Source of the DNA: Octopus bimaculoides | Taxonomy: Eukaryota | DNA length: 63,866 nt | Reading direction: 5' to 3' | NCBI RefSeq assembly: GCF_001194135.2 | Contig: NC_068994.1 | Span: 21,050,199 to 21,114,064 of the forward strand | Shown: one piece after another, positions 37,800 through 51,654 of the stretch | How positions within the stretch are numbered: the stretch's first letter is position 1 | Layout of the letters: every line of letters starts with the position of its first letter | Program-made: the position numbers and the translations under genes | Notes under the pieces: generated by a model | Told to the model about the DNA's origin: nothing | The model's input: only the letters and a program-made list of their open reading frames with translations | Database searches by the model: none

Positions 37800-38085
37800 A
37801 TCACTACGGATGGAGGAAGCAGGTTAAGGAGGGGATCAACACTTTTGAGAGAGCACGTATCCAGCATGAAGAACTTAAGCGAGCTGCACGAAAGCGCACG
37901 GCTCATATAGTGAATGGGGAAAGCTTAATCTGCAATGTTTGCAGTCGTGTATGCTTGTCAAGAGCAGGGCTCATTAGCCACCAATGGAGCCACAAATGCA
38001 AAATATAAGTTAGTCCTAGAGCACACAATGTTCCTGAAGGTCAGCAATGGTCTTCCTCGGTCATGAGTGGAAGGCCATCATCCAT
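37800..38085 (+). mobile_element. 5'-truncated LINE of a second RTE family with a C-terminal C2H2 finger
   Basis: WRKQVKEGINTFERARIQHEELKRAARK...LICNVCSRVCLSRAGLISHQWSH, a short 3'UTR and a (CAT)-type tail, inside (TATG)n. Confidence 0.8.
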
Positions 38086-38319
38086 CATGTATGTACGAAT
38101 GCATATGAACACACACACATATTCATTCTTCATTTGTTTTACATTCATTTTTCCATCTTTACATGGATTAGACAAATGTGTTATTTGTTTTACAGCCAAC
38201 ACCCTTCCTGACAGCGACCCTTGTCTATTTTTCAAGTAAGCAATAACTTATTCCAACAGAATAAACTGACAACATAGCACTTTCATACAAGTAAGTGCAG
38301 GAGTAAACAAACACATTAT

Positions 38320-38455
38320 TATGGTCTTGTTTCAGTTTCTGTCTACCAGATCTACTAACAAGGCTTTGATTGGCCCAGGGCCATGCAGTGGGACTGAACC
38401 TGAAACCATGTGGCTGCAAAGTTAACTTCTTACCGAGACAACCATGCCTGTGCTT
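38320..38455 (-). mobile_element. SINE type 2
   Basis: Reverse complement reads GCACAGGCATGGTTGTCTCGGTAAGAAG...CACATGGTTTCAGGTTCAGTCCCACTGC. Confidence 0.75.
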
Positions 38456-38844
38456 ATATATATTGTGAATATACATACATACACAGATTGCTAAGTGGAA
38501 ATCACTATATTAAATCACCTCTCAGTATATGACTGTCAATAACCCTAAGCAAACATCTATTTTTAACAGTCCACTAATCAAATGATAAAAAAATATTGTT
38601 TTACAAACTGCATGTATTATGTTGTCATTTTTTTTTTTTTTTTAGTTAGTTAGTTACAAAAATCAATTATAGATTGAAGTGTAATAGAGATGAGTTTCTG
38701 GAGCTGAAATAATCCATACAACACTCCAACCAGTACTAAATTAGTAAACCTACTATGAAGTTGCTTAGACCATCACTCAAAAAGTTGTTTGCAATAATAT
38801 GTGCTTCTACATGTGTTTGTTGTTTCAGCAAAACTTATTTAAAC

Positions 38845-39640
38845 ATAGGAGGTGGTAACAAAAATGTTCCCAGACTAGTTCTGTAGTGTACCAACAAATG
38901 GTAGCACACAGTTACATGAGCAGTGAGAGCTGCCAATGACCATCATGACACAGTGAGCTGAGTAACATCACAGTGTTTGCTTCGCAAGTAGTGAAATTTG
39001 TGTTTTTGTGATCACATGTATGCTGTAGTTTGTGATTTTGTTGACAAAGAGCCAATGTGAAATTTTGCATTAAACTTGGGAGGTCTGCTACAAAGACATT
39101 GAGCATGCTTCAACAAGCTTACGGCAACAAGGCAATGGGTCGTATGCAACGTTTTAAAGAGCACAGACACTTCAAAAGCAGAACAACATTCCTGAAAGAA
39201 GATGAGCGATCCAGAAGACCTGCCATGAGTGTCATCCATGGAAATGTGGTATTGTGCATTGAGAATTCTTCCCCCAGGTTCAGACCTTCAATCGAGAGGT
39301 CTACTGCAACATTCTGAAGTGTTTGAGGGAGGACATTCAGTGAAAGAGACCTGATCTATGGAGCATGGAAAATTGAGATTCTTGCCAAAAACAACCAAGT
39401 ATTGCTTCCACACCTGCCCTATTCACCAGATTTAGCACCTGCAGACTTTCATTTCTTCTTGAAGATGAAAATGCAGCTCAAAGGTCATCGTTTTAACACC
39501 AATGTAAAGTTCAAGAGCGAATTGCAGAAGGTTCTCAACTAGCTTACAGAAAACAAGTTCTGGGCTGGATTCCAAAAGTGGAATGCTGGGACAGGTGTAT
39601 TCCTGCACAAGGTAACTATTTTGAAGGATATGATGTTGAA
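38845..39640 (+). mobile_element. Mariner remnant (third family) with a large internal deletion
   Basis: QRANVKFCIKLGRSATKTLSMLQQAYG...EDERSRRP, then LLPHLPYSPDLAPADFHFFLKMKMQLKGHRF. Confidence 0.85.
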
Positions 39641-41029
39641 ACTTAAAAAATCTGCATTCACTTAAGAAAAAAAAAAAACAATCTTCAAACTACCACCATT
39701 ACCACCATCACTTCTTCCTCTTGATACGTCTCATTCTCTATATTCTAGCATATAGAGATAGGGAGAGAAAGAGAAAGGAAGGAAGAAAGAGAAAATTTAA
39801 GGAGAGTGAAGAAAAAGAACAGAATATCACTTCAAATGAACACACCACCACTATCAACAATATTCTTCTTCTCTACTTCCCCCTCTCATATATATATATA
39901 GATAGATCATTCTCTATGCCACTATGTCAAAGAGAGACAGAGGAAAGGAAAGGTAGAAAGGTTAAGAGAGAAAACCAGAGCTGATGTCACACAAATTTAC
40001 AACTACCATCATTGCAATTGCTCTTCTCCTATATCCCAATCTGCATGGGTATCTTAGTCTCTATATCTCTCTGTATTCCATTATTCTGGAGTAAGAAAGA
40101 TTGACCTAACTGCTCAATTTTAACTGATTGTCTACATTTCCTTTCTTGAGAGATAATAGGGTGTGTTTTGAGGGAGATTTGGCAACTATTTCTAACCTGT
40201 CAAGTTAAAAATGGTAAAATAGATGTGGTTTTATGTGTGTTCCTTTTGAAGTTTCTGAATACAAGATGGACATACAGACAAAAAAGAAAGATAACGTGTG
40301 TGAATGTGTGCATCCATGCTTGTGTTTATATTAACTGGTATGACTACAGGTGTTGCATCAAATAAAATATTGGCCAATAAAATAAACAACACTGTCAATA
40401 CTTTTGAAGGTGGCACTCCAGCATGAATACAGCCCAATGACTGAAACCAGTAAAATAATCAATAACTATATTCAATACTTAAAAATGACTTTGTAGAGAT
40501 ATCTCACAAGTAAAGCTACAGCTGACCAAATTAACTTTGGATAAGTAATGAAAGTAGATTAAATATTCAGTTTTAAAATACCTGCAAGTACATGATAGTT
40601 GAGAGATTAAAAAAAAAAAAAAGAAAAGCAAAAGTGATAGTAGGCCCATCAAATGATGAGATTTCAGAAACAAGATTATTACAAAGCTTGGAAGAAAACA
40701 GCTGCTATTCTACCCATTCCAAATATGAGAAAGCGAACTCAATGTAAAGTAGAAAGATGGATATATTTTCTGATATAGATCAGAATGAAAGAAAAAATAA
40801 AGAGAATACAGTGAAAAGTAATTCTGAGAAGACTGTTTTACAGATAGAAAAATATAGAAAAGCTGACTAATACATGTCAGCATTAGTAAACAACGTTTTA
40901 ATAGTTTTCAATGCTAGTTTGAGTTGAATAGATCTGTAATGTAGCATCATGATCCTAATCAAAACCCCAAAAGTAAACATTAAATATACAAACATCACTC
41001 AATTCAAATAATCCAAAATATAAACTAAC

Positions 41030-41144
41030 CAAGTTCCATGCGATCTCTGGTGTACCATATGCTAAAACCATCACCATAGAGTGTTCGACCGCCTCCGTGT
41101 ACTTTGAACTGTACTTGTAATTCCCAATTTCTAACTAAAATAGG
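41030..41144 (-). CDS. LMAN2: VIP36/VIPL-type lectin, exon 3
   Basis: CAG/GTTAGT. PILVRNWELQVQFKVHGGGRTLYGDGFSIWYTRDRMEL(G); GDG contains the sugar-binding Asp. Confidence 0.97.
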
Positions 41145-42902
41145 CTGCAATGGAAACAAACACAAATTTTAAAGTAATCATAAAACAAGTAAACAAAATA
41201 TTAAATTGGTATATTTTTAAAGCAATAATTCTTACACAAATTGGTTGATGTCAGACACAGATTTAGGAATTTATTTCTATGGTAAATCATAGAACATAAA
41301 AACAGTCTAAAGGTTAACCTTGTCTAAGGTCAATGAAATGTGCTCGGGATAAACAAGAACTAAATGTGGGAGCTGAACTTCAGTTTTGACCATTTCATTA
41401 GGAATTTTGCATATTATCTTATGGCCATTCGAAAACCTTTCTGGTCTGGCCTTCTGAACTTTGAGCCTAACTAGAAATGTTTTAGCTCTTCAGTATGTGC
41501 CATATCACACATGGCACATACTGAATCATTAAATTCTTTCAAGTGATATTATAAAAAAAGAAAAGAAACAAGCAACTTCTATAGCCTTGTTTGATCATGG
41601 TTTCCTTGTTTATTTGCAAGACAAAAAGACATTTCCAATCCAGCTTATATGCAATATGTTACTTAGCCCCATTACATCAGTTGATGTAAATTTACGTACA
41701 CTTTAAATCAGATGACAAAAATATACGCAGTCCTATCTGCTGCGGTTTTGTACCTGCTTGTATACCAGTTGATATAAATATCTGCTATCACTCACAGAAT
41801 CGATAATAGAGGCCACCATGCAAATTTCAAATAATCTAATAAGTTTGTTAGAATCTTCATATAAATATTTCCAACTCAGTTTGAGAAATCATTACCATAA
41901 TAGTATAAAAGCAGCAGTTTTGGCAGTTACACCACCATTTCCACTATGACATCCAATCAAATTCATACACGTTCAGCAAATTCTTCTGGTCCTTCATGGA
42001 ATTTGCAGTCTCATCCAGCTACACTAGTTTCATTTAATTAACGGTCTTCACAGTGATGGCAGTTTACATTAATAAACAGTGCATGACATAAATATACGCC
42101 AAACCGTTATCGTGCACTAATTGCTGATCTCGGCTGAGATGATTACTGTCAGTGCAACCTAGTTGTCTGATAAAAAACCATTGTCATGGAGTTAACACAT
42201 AGATAATGCTTTACTTCAAAATCTTTGGCTTTGCACCTACATGAAAAACCTTATTGAAATAAACATAGCTCTCAAACTTTCATGACTAATCTACTTTTTG
42301 TATTATTAGAGTGAGTAGTTTATATAAAAAAAATTTTTTTTAAACAACAGTTGATAACAGAAGTATCTAGTTTTGGGGAACATTATATATAAGAGTTCTG
42401 TTAGTGGAAATGATTTTTGTCTTGTGGGATAAAGTGAATAAACAATAAGACCATTACTGTTGGGTCAAATAACTAGTAGCATTTGTTTTATTTATTCATT
42501 TGCTCAGCAAAGTACAAATTCCACAAAAAATGTATATGCAAAAGTGAAGAACATCATATTTAGTTCAAAGAACTTGAAAGAACCTTTTGTTTTAAGATTA
42601 AAAAAAAAAATTTCTGAAGTTCAATCAGTACACTAATACTATGTTGTTTAATGATAACTAGATTATGACTTCATAGATGATAGCATATACTGAGTCAAAG
42701 ACAACAAGATAAAAATTAATTTTTTAAACAATTAAGAAGCTTAGTTCACTTCAGTTTTAACACATGGATTTTATTTTCTAACCACACTAAGAGATGAAAC
42801 AAAATCCAAGGATATTGGTGGTGGTTAGCTTCATTAAAAATTATAAAATGCTATATTTGAGAAGACCCACCCACCATAACAAAACTGAGATCCTAAAACC
42901 AA

Positions 42903-43276
42903 GGTGTCACGTAAAAAGCACCGGTGCTGGTGTCGTGTAAAAAAACACTGGTGCCACGTAAATAGCGCTGGTGTCACGTAAAAAGCACCGGTGCTGGTGT
43001 CGTGTAAAAAGCGCTGGTGTCACGTAAAAAGCACCGGTGCTGGTGTCGTGTAAAAAGCGCTGGTGTCACATAAAAAGCACCGGTGCTGGTGTCACGTAAA
43101 AAGCACTGGTGCTGGTGCCACATAAAAAGCATCCAGTACACTCTGTGGAGTGGTTGGCATTAGGGAAGACATCCAGCTGAAGAAACCAAGCCAAACGGAC
43201 TATGGAACGTGGTGCAGCCCCTGGCTTGGCCAGGTCACATCAAACCATCCAGCCCATGTCGGCATGGAAAATGAGT
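42903..43276 (+). mobile_element. RTE-family 3'UTR copy with an expanded 20/26-bp minisatellite (10 units, 42903-43131)
   Basis: Units GGTGTCACGTAAAAAGCACCGGTGCT and GGTGTCGTGTAAAAAGCGCT, followed by the family tail (GTGGTTGGCATTAGG..CATCCAGCTG..CCATGTCGGCATGG). Confidence 0.85.
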
Positions 43277-44089
43277 TTGAATATAAGTTCATATATCAAG
43301 AGGACAACAATAATTTGATATTTCAAGGTGGTCTCTTCATCTGAGGGTTTGTATAGAAGCAAAAGTAGCTTATGCTATGGGCCCAGTTTTCATGTACTGA
43401 ACATATTATTTGAAAATAACATACTATTCAATAAGTTGGCAATTACATTAAAAAACATTATACATTAAAGGTTCAGTCAATTTATTTTGGTTACATTTAA
43501 TATCTTATCTTAATATATAATTTACAGACTAATATAATGGTAATGCCTGCAACATAGGTTAAGTAATAAATACAAGTTAATTAGGTGGAATTGCTTGCAG
43601 AATACAAAATTATGGTCTGTATATCTACTTGGTTTGTTTGAAAAAAAAATGTCATTGATTGTTGTCAAAAGAATGTATTTCTGTTTGACATTTTTTATGG
43701 AAGCTTTTATCTATCACAGATAGTAAACTATCACCATATGCTTCTGTCTGATTAAAAACCATGTTAGAAACAAATAAAGGTCATGTATCACAAGTAAGGC
43801 AAGTGTGTTAAACGTATAAGAAAGAAAAGAGTGTAAATGAAAAAGAAAGTGCTTCTTAAAAAATTATTTGGATTATTATGTTCTAATCACCTTATACACT
43901 GAATATACATTTTTTTTTTCCACTGGAGAAATCTTTGGAGAAGTGTAATCAATGTAATATACAAGTTACTTACAAAAAGCACTTTACTAAACAAGTTATA
44001 TGACAGGAGTTCTCAAGTATGAAGTACTGACAGACTAGACATTTAAAGTTAGCTTACAAAATATGATCAGAAAATACTTTTCCACTCAC

Positions 44090-44205
44090 CTGACTGTTCC
44101 ATAGACCACCCTGTTTGCTCTGATGGTCACTTGTTAACCTAATGTAGTTGTTTGTTATCATAGTAGATCCTGTAATATCCCATAATGGGATATTCATGCT
44201 TGGAC
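44090..44205 (-). CDS. LMAN2: VIP36/VIPL-type lectin, exon 2
   Basis: TAG/GTGAGT. (G)PSMNIPLWDITGSTMITNNYIRLTSDHQSKQGGLWNSQ. Confidence 0.97.
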
Positions 44206-44764
44206 CTAGAGAAAAGAGAAAGAAAATTACAAATTATAACTCAGAAAAGAAATTTTGAAGCAGAAGGGAAGATTTCAGTGCCATTTCTTCAATGATATTG
44301 TTAAAACATTTGACTTAATCCTTTTCCACGAATAATTCCAAATCTTGTCTCAAATATTGTTGACATCAAGTTACCACTTCTATTTTGAGACCCTCATACA
44401 ATAAAGAATCAACCCACTTCTCTCTGAAGGCTGATAGTAATAAGCTTGTAACAAAGTAAGACAGTAAAATTTAAGAAAACTAGAGAAGGATGCTTTGTTT
44501 GTTTGTTTGTATGTGTGTGTGTGTTTCTAACCAAGATTCAAGGCTCCTTCATGGGAATTTCAATATCAACAACAGGGTATTTATTTTTGTATGTATGTAT
44601 GTATGTATGAATGAATGAATGACTGCATGCATGCATGCAAGTTGTAATAATCAAGTCAAACCAAATACTATTATTTTGAAATGCTTTAATACATATGTTT
44701 CAGGTCTGTATAATATTTAATAGGAAATGCATCCATTACATAAGACCATGTATATATGTATGAA

Positions 44765-44863
44765 TCATCATCATCATTTAACGTCCGCTTTCCATGCTAG
44801 CATGGGTTGGACAATTTGACTGAGGACTGGCGAACCAGATGGCTGCACCAGGCTCCAATCTGA
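44765..44863 (-). mobile_element. RTE-family extreme 3' tail
   Basis: (CAT)n-TTAACGTCCGCTTTCCATGCTAGCATGGG... Confidence 0.85.
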
Positions 44864-44866
44864 GTA

Positions 44867-45926
<1,060 letters not shown>

Positions 45927-46989
45927 GCATACACATACAGACATGTGCGAGTGTTTTTCCAGGCTATAATAGGTTGTACAAATATATACTGATGCCTTGT
46001 TTCACAGTTGGATGCCCTTTCTGCCTCTAAATGTCAAGCACAGAACTACAGGATTTCTAAGAAATATCAACAAACATAACCATATTATTTTGCTCAACTG
46101 CAAAAGATATAGAATGTAAACATTCATCTGCACACATACACATATATAAATACACACACACACACACGAGCTTCCATAATTTCCTGAATTGGAGCTTCAC
46201 CACCAGATGCAATTCCAGTCACAAGGTATTGGCCAGCCTGAGCAGTGAGGTAGAACTAAAGGCCACATGGTAACAAAGCAAATGTTGTATCCACACAGCT
46301 ATATATAATAGTTGTGCATAAAGGAGTGTGGTGAAGTGAGAGCATTGTTTACTGCTGCTACAGGGCTAATGGTTAAGAAAATGATTGTGAAAAGAGTAGA
46401 ATGTTAAGAGTATAAGAGATCAAGGTAAACAAAGAAAACATGATGTTCATTAATACCTATCAATGAGGATGTGACTAGAGTAAAAATAAGGTGTCTGTGG
46501 ATAAAGGTAGAGCCCTAGTGTAAGAGGACACCACAAACAGAAGTGGTTCATCCTTCTACAGAAAGTACTATTTTTTCTTAAGTCTTTAAAAATTAATTCT
46601 CAATATTGTTAAAATTCGAAAAGCTAATTATCGGAGCCTCTCTGAATAATTTGATAAGGAAGGTATTTAACTTTCTGATAATCTGCTCTATGGACAAATT
46701 TCACTTGCTCTGTAATTCTATAAGTCCAGGACAACTGTGTACAAGTTGTAAGGCATTACAAAAGCAATTGCTTTTGAGAAATGTTAGCCAATGTATGCAG
46801 AGGAAAAAAAGATTCTTTTTATTGCCCACATATGATTAATGTATAGCACAACCCATGGTCCTGGGAAAATTTAACCAAACCAATAAGATCTTTAAAAATA
46901 TATAGCAATAAGAGTCATTGCTCAACAAAATAAATGAGCTTTCTTTTCTTTTTTTTTTAAATATGTATATTGATAACCTAACTAAAATT

Positions 46990-47700
46990 CTCAAGTTAAT
47001 TCATCATCAGCAGTATTTTACATTTATTTTTTTCCATGTTTGCATGGCTTAAATGTGTGTCATCTCCTGTACTTCTCACCAAGTGTTGCAGCTCCTTGTC
47101 ATCTCTTTCCTGGGGTTCAGTATCTTAAGATCAGATTTAACAACTTCCCATGTCTTCTTACTCAGGTTCCTTTCACTTCTTTAACCATCATCTTTCATAT
47201 GCATCACATCTGTACTAGCATAGTCACCTGCACACTACAGCTGATTCCTTTTATACCCAGTGCTCTGTCTTTCAAACACTATATTACATGTTCATCACAG
47301 ATACATACTTCGTTTCTTTTCAACCTTCATGTGTCTTCTGCATTCAAAGCCCATGTTTTGCTAACATGCAAAGTCTCAATTCAGACAATCATCATACCAG
47401 CAGTTTTTCATTTGGAGAGAAAAAACCTTGTAACCTTGTTCCATCTATAAATCTGGTCTATAGTTTGGCATCAGGTTGTTTTGTAGAAACTCCCAGTTGT
47501 CTATGTTATAAACCTTATTTTCTATTCTTCCTTGTCATAGGCAGGCATTGCCTAATATTTTTCACTGATACTACAAACTACTACTTGAGAACCAGCTACA
47601 TTCAAGGTCCTTCTTCTATCAAGCCTGCCTGTGATCCCACTGTATACCTTGTGCATTTATTATTCACATTGGACATTGGATACACAGTATAGATTTCCTA
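46990..47700 (-). mobile_element. Highly degraded LINE (probably RTE) fragment
   Basis: Motif remnants only; shares a ~120-bp segment with 48730-48850. Confidence 0.4.
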
Positions 47701-47784
47701 CATCCATACCAAGAATAGCCATGCTCTTGATGGTAGAAAAATTTTGTATTCTTTCTTGCAAACTAAAACTTCAATCTTTGTTAA

Positions 47785-48036
47785 CCCTTTTCTTACTATA
47801 TTTCTTTTGAAACAATCATTGTCAATCTTAGTTTCAAAAATAATAAAGAATATATTAAAATAACTTTGTCCTCATTAAGCCGAAATTTGGAACATAAATT
47901 AGTATGAAATCCTATTGAAACATTTTAGTTTTAATTTGGAACATAAATTAGTATTAAATTCTATTGAAAGGTTTTAAAACAGACAGTTTGCATCATAGAA
48001 CCAGCAGTGGTTTCAGGCAGGTTGGTATCAAAAGGG
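47785..48036. mobile_element. piggyBac-like TTAA MITE, family C
   Basis: TTAA|CCCTTTTCTTACT ... GGTATCAAAAGGG|TTAA; internal 49-bp-period duplication at 47884/47933. Confidence 0.8.
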
Positions 48037-48229
48037 TTAAACTTAAATTCTAAATTTCTTGATTCTAGACTGCTTTCTCACTTAGAATTTTTGTTCCAAT
48101 TCTTTAATTGATTTGGCAATGAGAAGTAGGTCATCAGTATACAAGCGTATGCTCATGGGCAGCTGGTCTTAAATTCCTCAGTTATATTAAAAAGGAGACT
48201 GAAAACCAAACCTTGAACGTATAGCCTGA

Positions 48230-48860
48230 AAACACCTCCCTGTATTATCTAACTGCCTGTCCTACTTCAGTTATTTTCAGCATCTCAGTAACTATTCCTA
48301 ATGATGCAACTGCTTTCTCTACCTTCAAACCCTTAATGGCCCTTTTGACCATGCAGCTGTTAATTGCATCAGCTAATATTTTTATTGGGTTTACATGGCG
48401 TAGCCCCTCTCTCTCCAGTGAGGTGCATATACACAATGCTAACATTCCATATACACTTTTCTTCAATGAAATTCTGATTCACATTGATAAACAGCCTTAC
48501 AACTTGGAACACCACATATCTCTGATTCTCCTCTCATTGCAGAACATTGGCAAATCTTTCTGCTCCTCTCTATGTTTAGTTTACCTGACAACTAGCTTCT
48601 CTCCAAGCTACCTGATATGATTTGTTGCCCCACCCAACCATCATTCTTTCCAAGTCTATTTATTATAGCCTTATCCTCTGAAGTATTATCATCAGTTTTA
48701 CATTCCATCTAACTGGATCCTTGTTGAATCCATAGATCTGATCTGTGATTTGCAGCAGGTTGTTTTGTAGAAACTTCCAAGTTGTCTTCTACATTATAAG
48801 TCTCCCTCTACTATGCCTCCTTCTCATAGGCAGGTATTGCCAAGTATTTCTTAAACAGAA
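48230..48860 (-). mobile_element. Degraded RTE LINE fragment
   Basis: MVKRAIKGLKVEKAVASLGIVTEMLK resembles 'KAIK.MK.GKA.GPSGI.AEMLK'. Confidence 0.55.
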
Positions 48861-49689
48861 TTCTAAAAATAAAATGGTATAACTACTACTCTTATGCATA
48901 TGTAAACAAATCATCCCTGAAATAGGAATTGTAGGTAAGTGAGAGAGAGCAAGTGTCAGTAAGCAGTTTTATCATCAACTGAACACTTTAAAAATCAACA
49001 TCAACAGTAATTCTTATAATTCTAGCTTAACTGGTATAGAAATCACTATTTCCCAAATCAAATTTCATGTCATGAAATTGTCAGTTACATATGATAGTGC
49101 AATACTGACCTGATAGGGGATGCCTATGCATAGTGAATGGTTGTTAGACACATCATTAGCTATTTAAGATCAAATTCCATGTCATAGCTAATCAAAATTA
49201 TTGGAATCTCCCTTGTTCTTTAAAGAAGGATTCTCTTTGAAACATAAGCACTCAATTCTCATGAAACACAAAGTAATCTTTGTGTTTCATTAACTATGTT
49301 TTGTCAATGCAGACACTCACAAGTTTCCTCAAATTCAAGTTTGTTTTATTTTTCTTCTTAGAATCTCCAGTCTGAGAATGAGTACTAGAATGACTTCCTA
49401 TATCCTACACTAGGTTAACACTATAACGCATGAAATTCCTCAATTATTCACAGATGTTCTTAATGCTGGTAACTGCAGATCTAAATTGTACAATTAACAG
49501 TTTCATAATTCCGATTTCTGTTCAAACCACGCTAAGATTAATTAACCATTGTATCTCAGAAACAGCAAAGTGCTTAAGGAATAAAAATAAAAATGCAAAA
49601 CATTTCTGTCTACATACTGTCAATACTAAGCTTGAAACTTTACATCTGAGGGCAACCAATAATCTTAGTTCTATGATAGTTTGTTGTAT

Positions 49690-49992
49690 TGTCTGGCACT
49701 CTGTCAGCTATGACAATGAGAGTTCCAGTTGATCCAATCAACAGAACAGCCTGCTCACGAAATTTATGCCCAAGTGATTGATACCTTATCTATACCACAG
49801 ACACAGATACCCTTCATATAATTCTTAGGGGAGATTCAGCATGACACAGAGTGTGACAGGGCTGCCCCTTTGAAATACAGGTATTACTAATTTTTGCCAG
49901 CTGAGTGGACTGGAGAGCAATGCTAAAGTGTCTTGCCCAAGAACACAATACACCACTGGGAATTGAATTCATGACCTTATGATTGTGAACCA
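49690..49992 (-). mobile_element. SINE with a type-3 head/core and a type-4 tail
   Basis: Reverse complement: tRNA head, GTTCTTGGGCAAGACACTTT..CCAGTCCACTCAGCTG core, then a 3' half matching 32630-32790. Confidence 0.8.
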
Positions 49993-51524
49993 AAAACCCT
50001 AACCACACACCTTCACTACATTGTAATGTCTACATTAAAACAAAACCAACTTTCAATGCTTACCAACATCTGGTGTGAAAAGTAATTGCACAAATTCCAA
50101 TATGTATACTTACATGGTCAGTTTGAAAACACATTCATTTTATTATTTACTATAGTTTGAATGAAAGGATTTATTGCTGAAATGAATAATTACTTTCATT
50201 AAACAAATTAAAACATACTAAGGGGATCTATATACAGACTAATCATTTATTTTATAGTCTGTTATAAAATAAAAAGAGTGAGGGTGGATGAAAATGGTTT
50301 CCTGCACTATGCCAGCATTGTACCACAAGAGATAGTTATATTTTTTTTTAATTCAAAGCCTTAAAAAATCTATACTAATGCTTGAGTATCTTAACAGAAA
50401 TGAATTTATAATTTTCATATATTTATCATTCGTCTTTGCATAAAACATAGATATACTTACAATGTAATACCATATTGTTTTTATGTGTAGTTTGATATCT
50501 ACTTTCATATTTGATGTATGCAGACAATAATTGTATACATTTAAGAGTTCTTCATCTTATATATTTGCTTTGTTAATTATTATGATTCATATTATTCGTT
50601 TGGTTGAAATACTTCATCTGAAAGATCAGTTGATTATATCCGACCTAGTCGTACATGTTTAAACAGTATTTACCAGAGATGCAATATACTTAAAATGTAA
50701 CAACCACATCTGTATATAAACAAACTTACATTTGTTTTTTAGAAGCGTTGAATGTCTCATACAATACAGACAAGAAAGTGATATTTTAAAACGCAGTATT
50801 GTCATTAAAGCAGCAGAAAAATTGGGCAATATTACCCTTACAAGGCAGAAAAAGTTGTCAACAAACAGCCATGGGAATTGAACCCATATCCCCCAAGACA
50901 CCGGTTGAGTGCTTTATTTAAAATGCTACAGTTTATTATTTGTAGTAAGAACTTCATATTTTGAACTGCAAAAGCTTTAATAGAAGTATAAATGTTACAC
51001 AAAATATATATATTCACAATCTAACTACAGATACACAAATTGCACAAATCCAGAGGAAAAACATCATAAAACTATCTGAACACCTGGTTTAACCACATAA
51101 GTCAGATAACTAACTTAACAGCTTGTATCATGTCCAATACATAGATCATATCATTAACCATATAAACATATTTGTTACAACTAATTTATATAAGTAATAC
51201 TATCGTTACAAACAGGGACAGATAGCAATAGCAAAACATTGAAATAAATGCTTTATTTGGTATTTGCTTTCATCCCCATGAAATCCCACAATGCATTGTT
51301 TGCATTTGATTAATTCAATCAACTTTCACCTATCCTACAAGTGTGATCTCAAGCTTCTAATTAGCATCCAACATCCCTCATCATTTGCGTGTACACACAC
51401 ACACAAAGAGAATTGACATCAGGACGTGCATCTGGCCATTAAAGCACTCTCAAGAAACAGTCCTTTCCAACTCAATGCCAGCATAGAAAAGTGAATGCCA
51501 ATCTATGATGAATGTGTGTGCATT

Positions 51525-51570
51525 TTATATATATATATATATATATATANNNNNNNNNNTATATATATCA
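51525..51570. repeat. (AT)n with a 10-N gap (51550-51559)
   Basis: Seen directly. Confidence 0.95.
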
Positions 51571-51654
51571 ATAATTATGCATATATGAATTTATAAATGT
51601 ACATAGACACATGCATACTATCTTTACTGTAGTCTTATAAGTTGCATGGCAACC

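Noticed and set aside
42903-43131. CRISPR-like array
   Set aside because: Eukaryotic DNA; units are contiguous with no unique spacers and belong to a LINE 3'UTR.
50659-50915. Possible alternative lectin exon (GTAAGT donor near 50728) or an 80-aa ORF
   Set aside because: No homology, and it begins in a tRNA-like SINE head remnant; the spliced ORF is complete without it.
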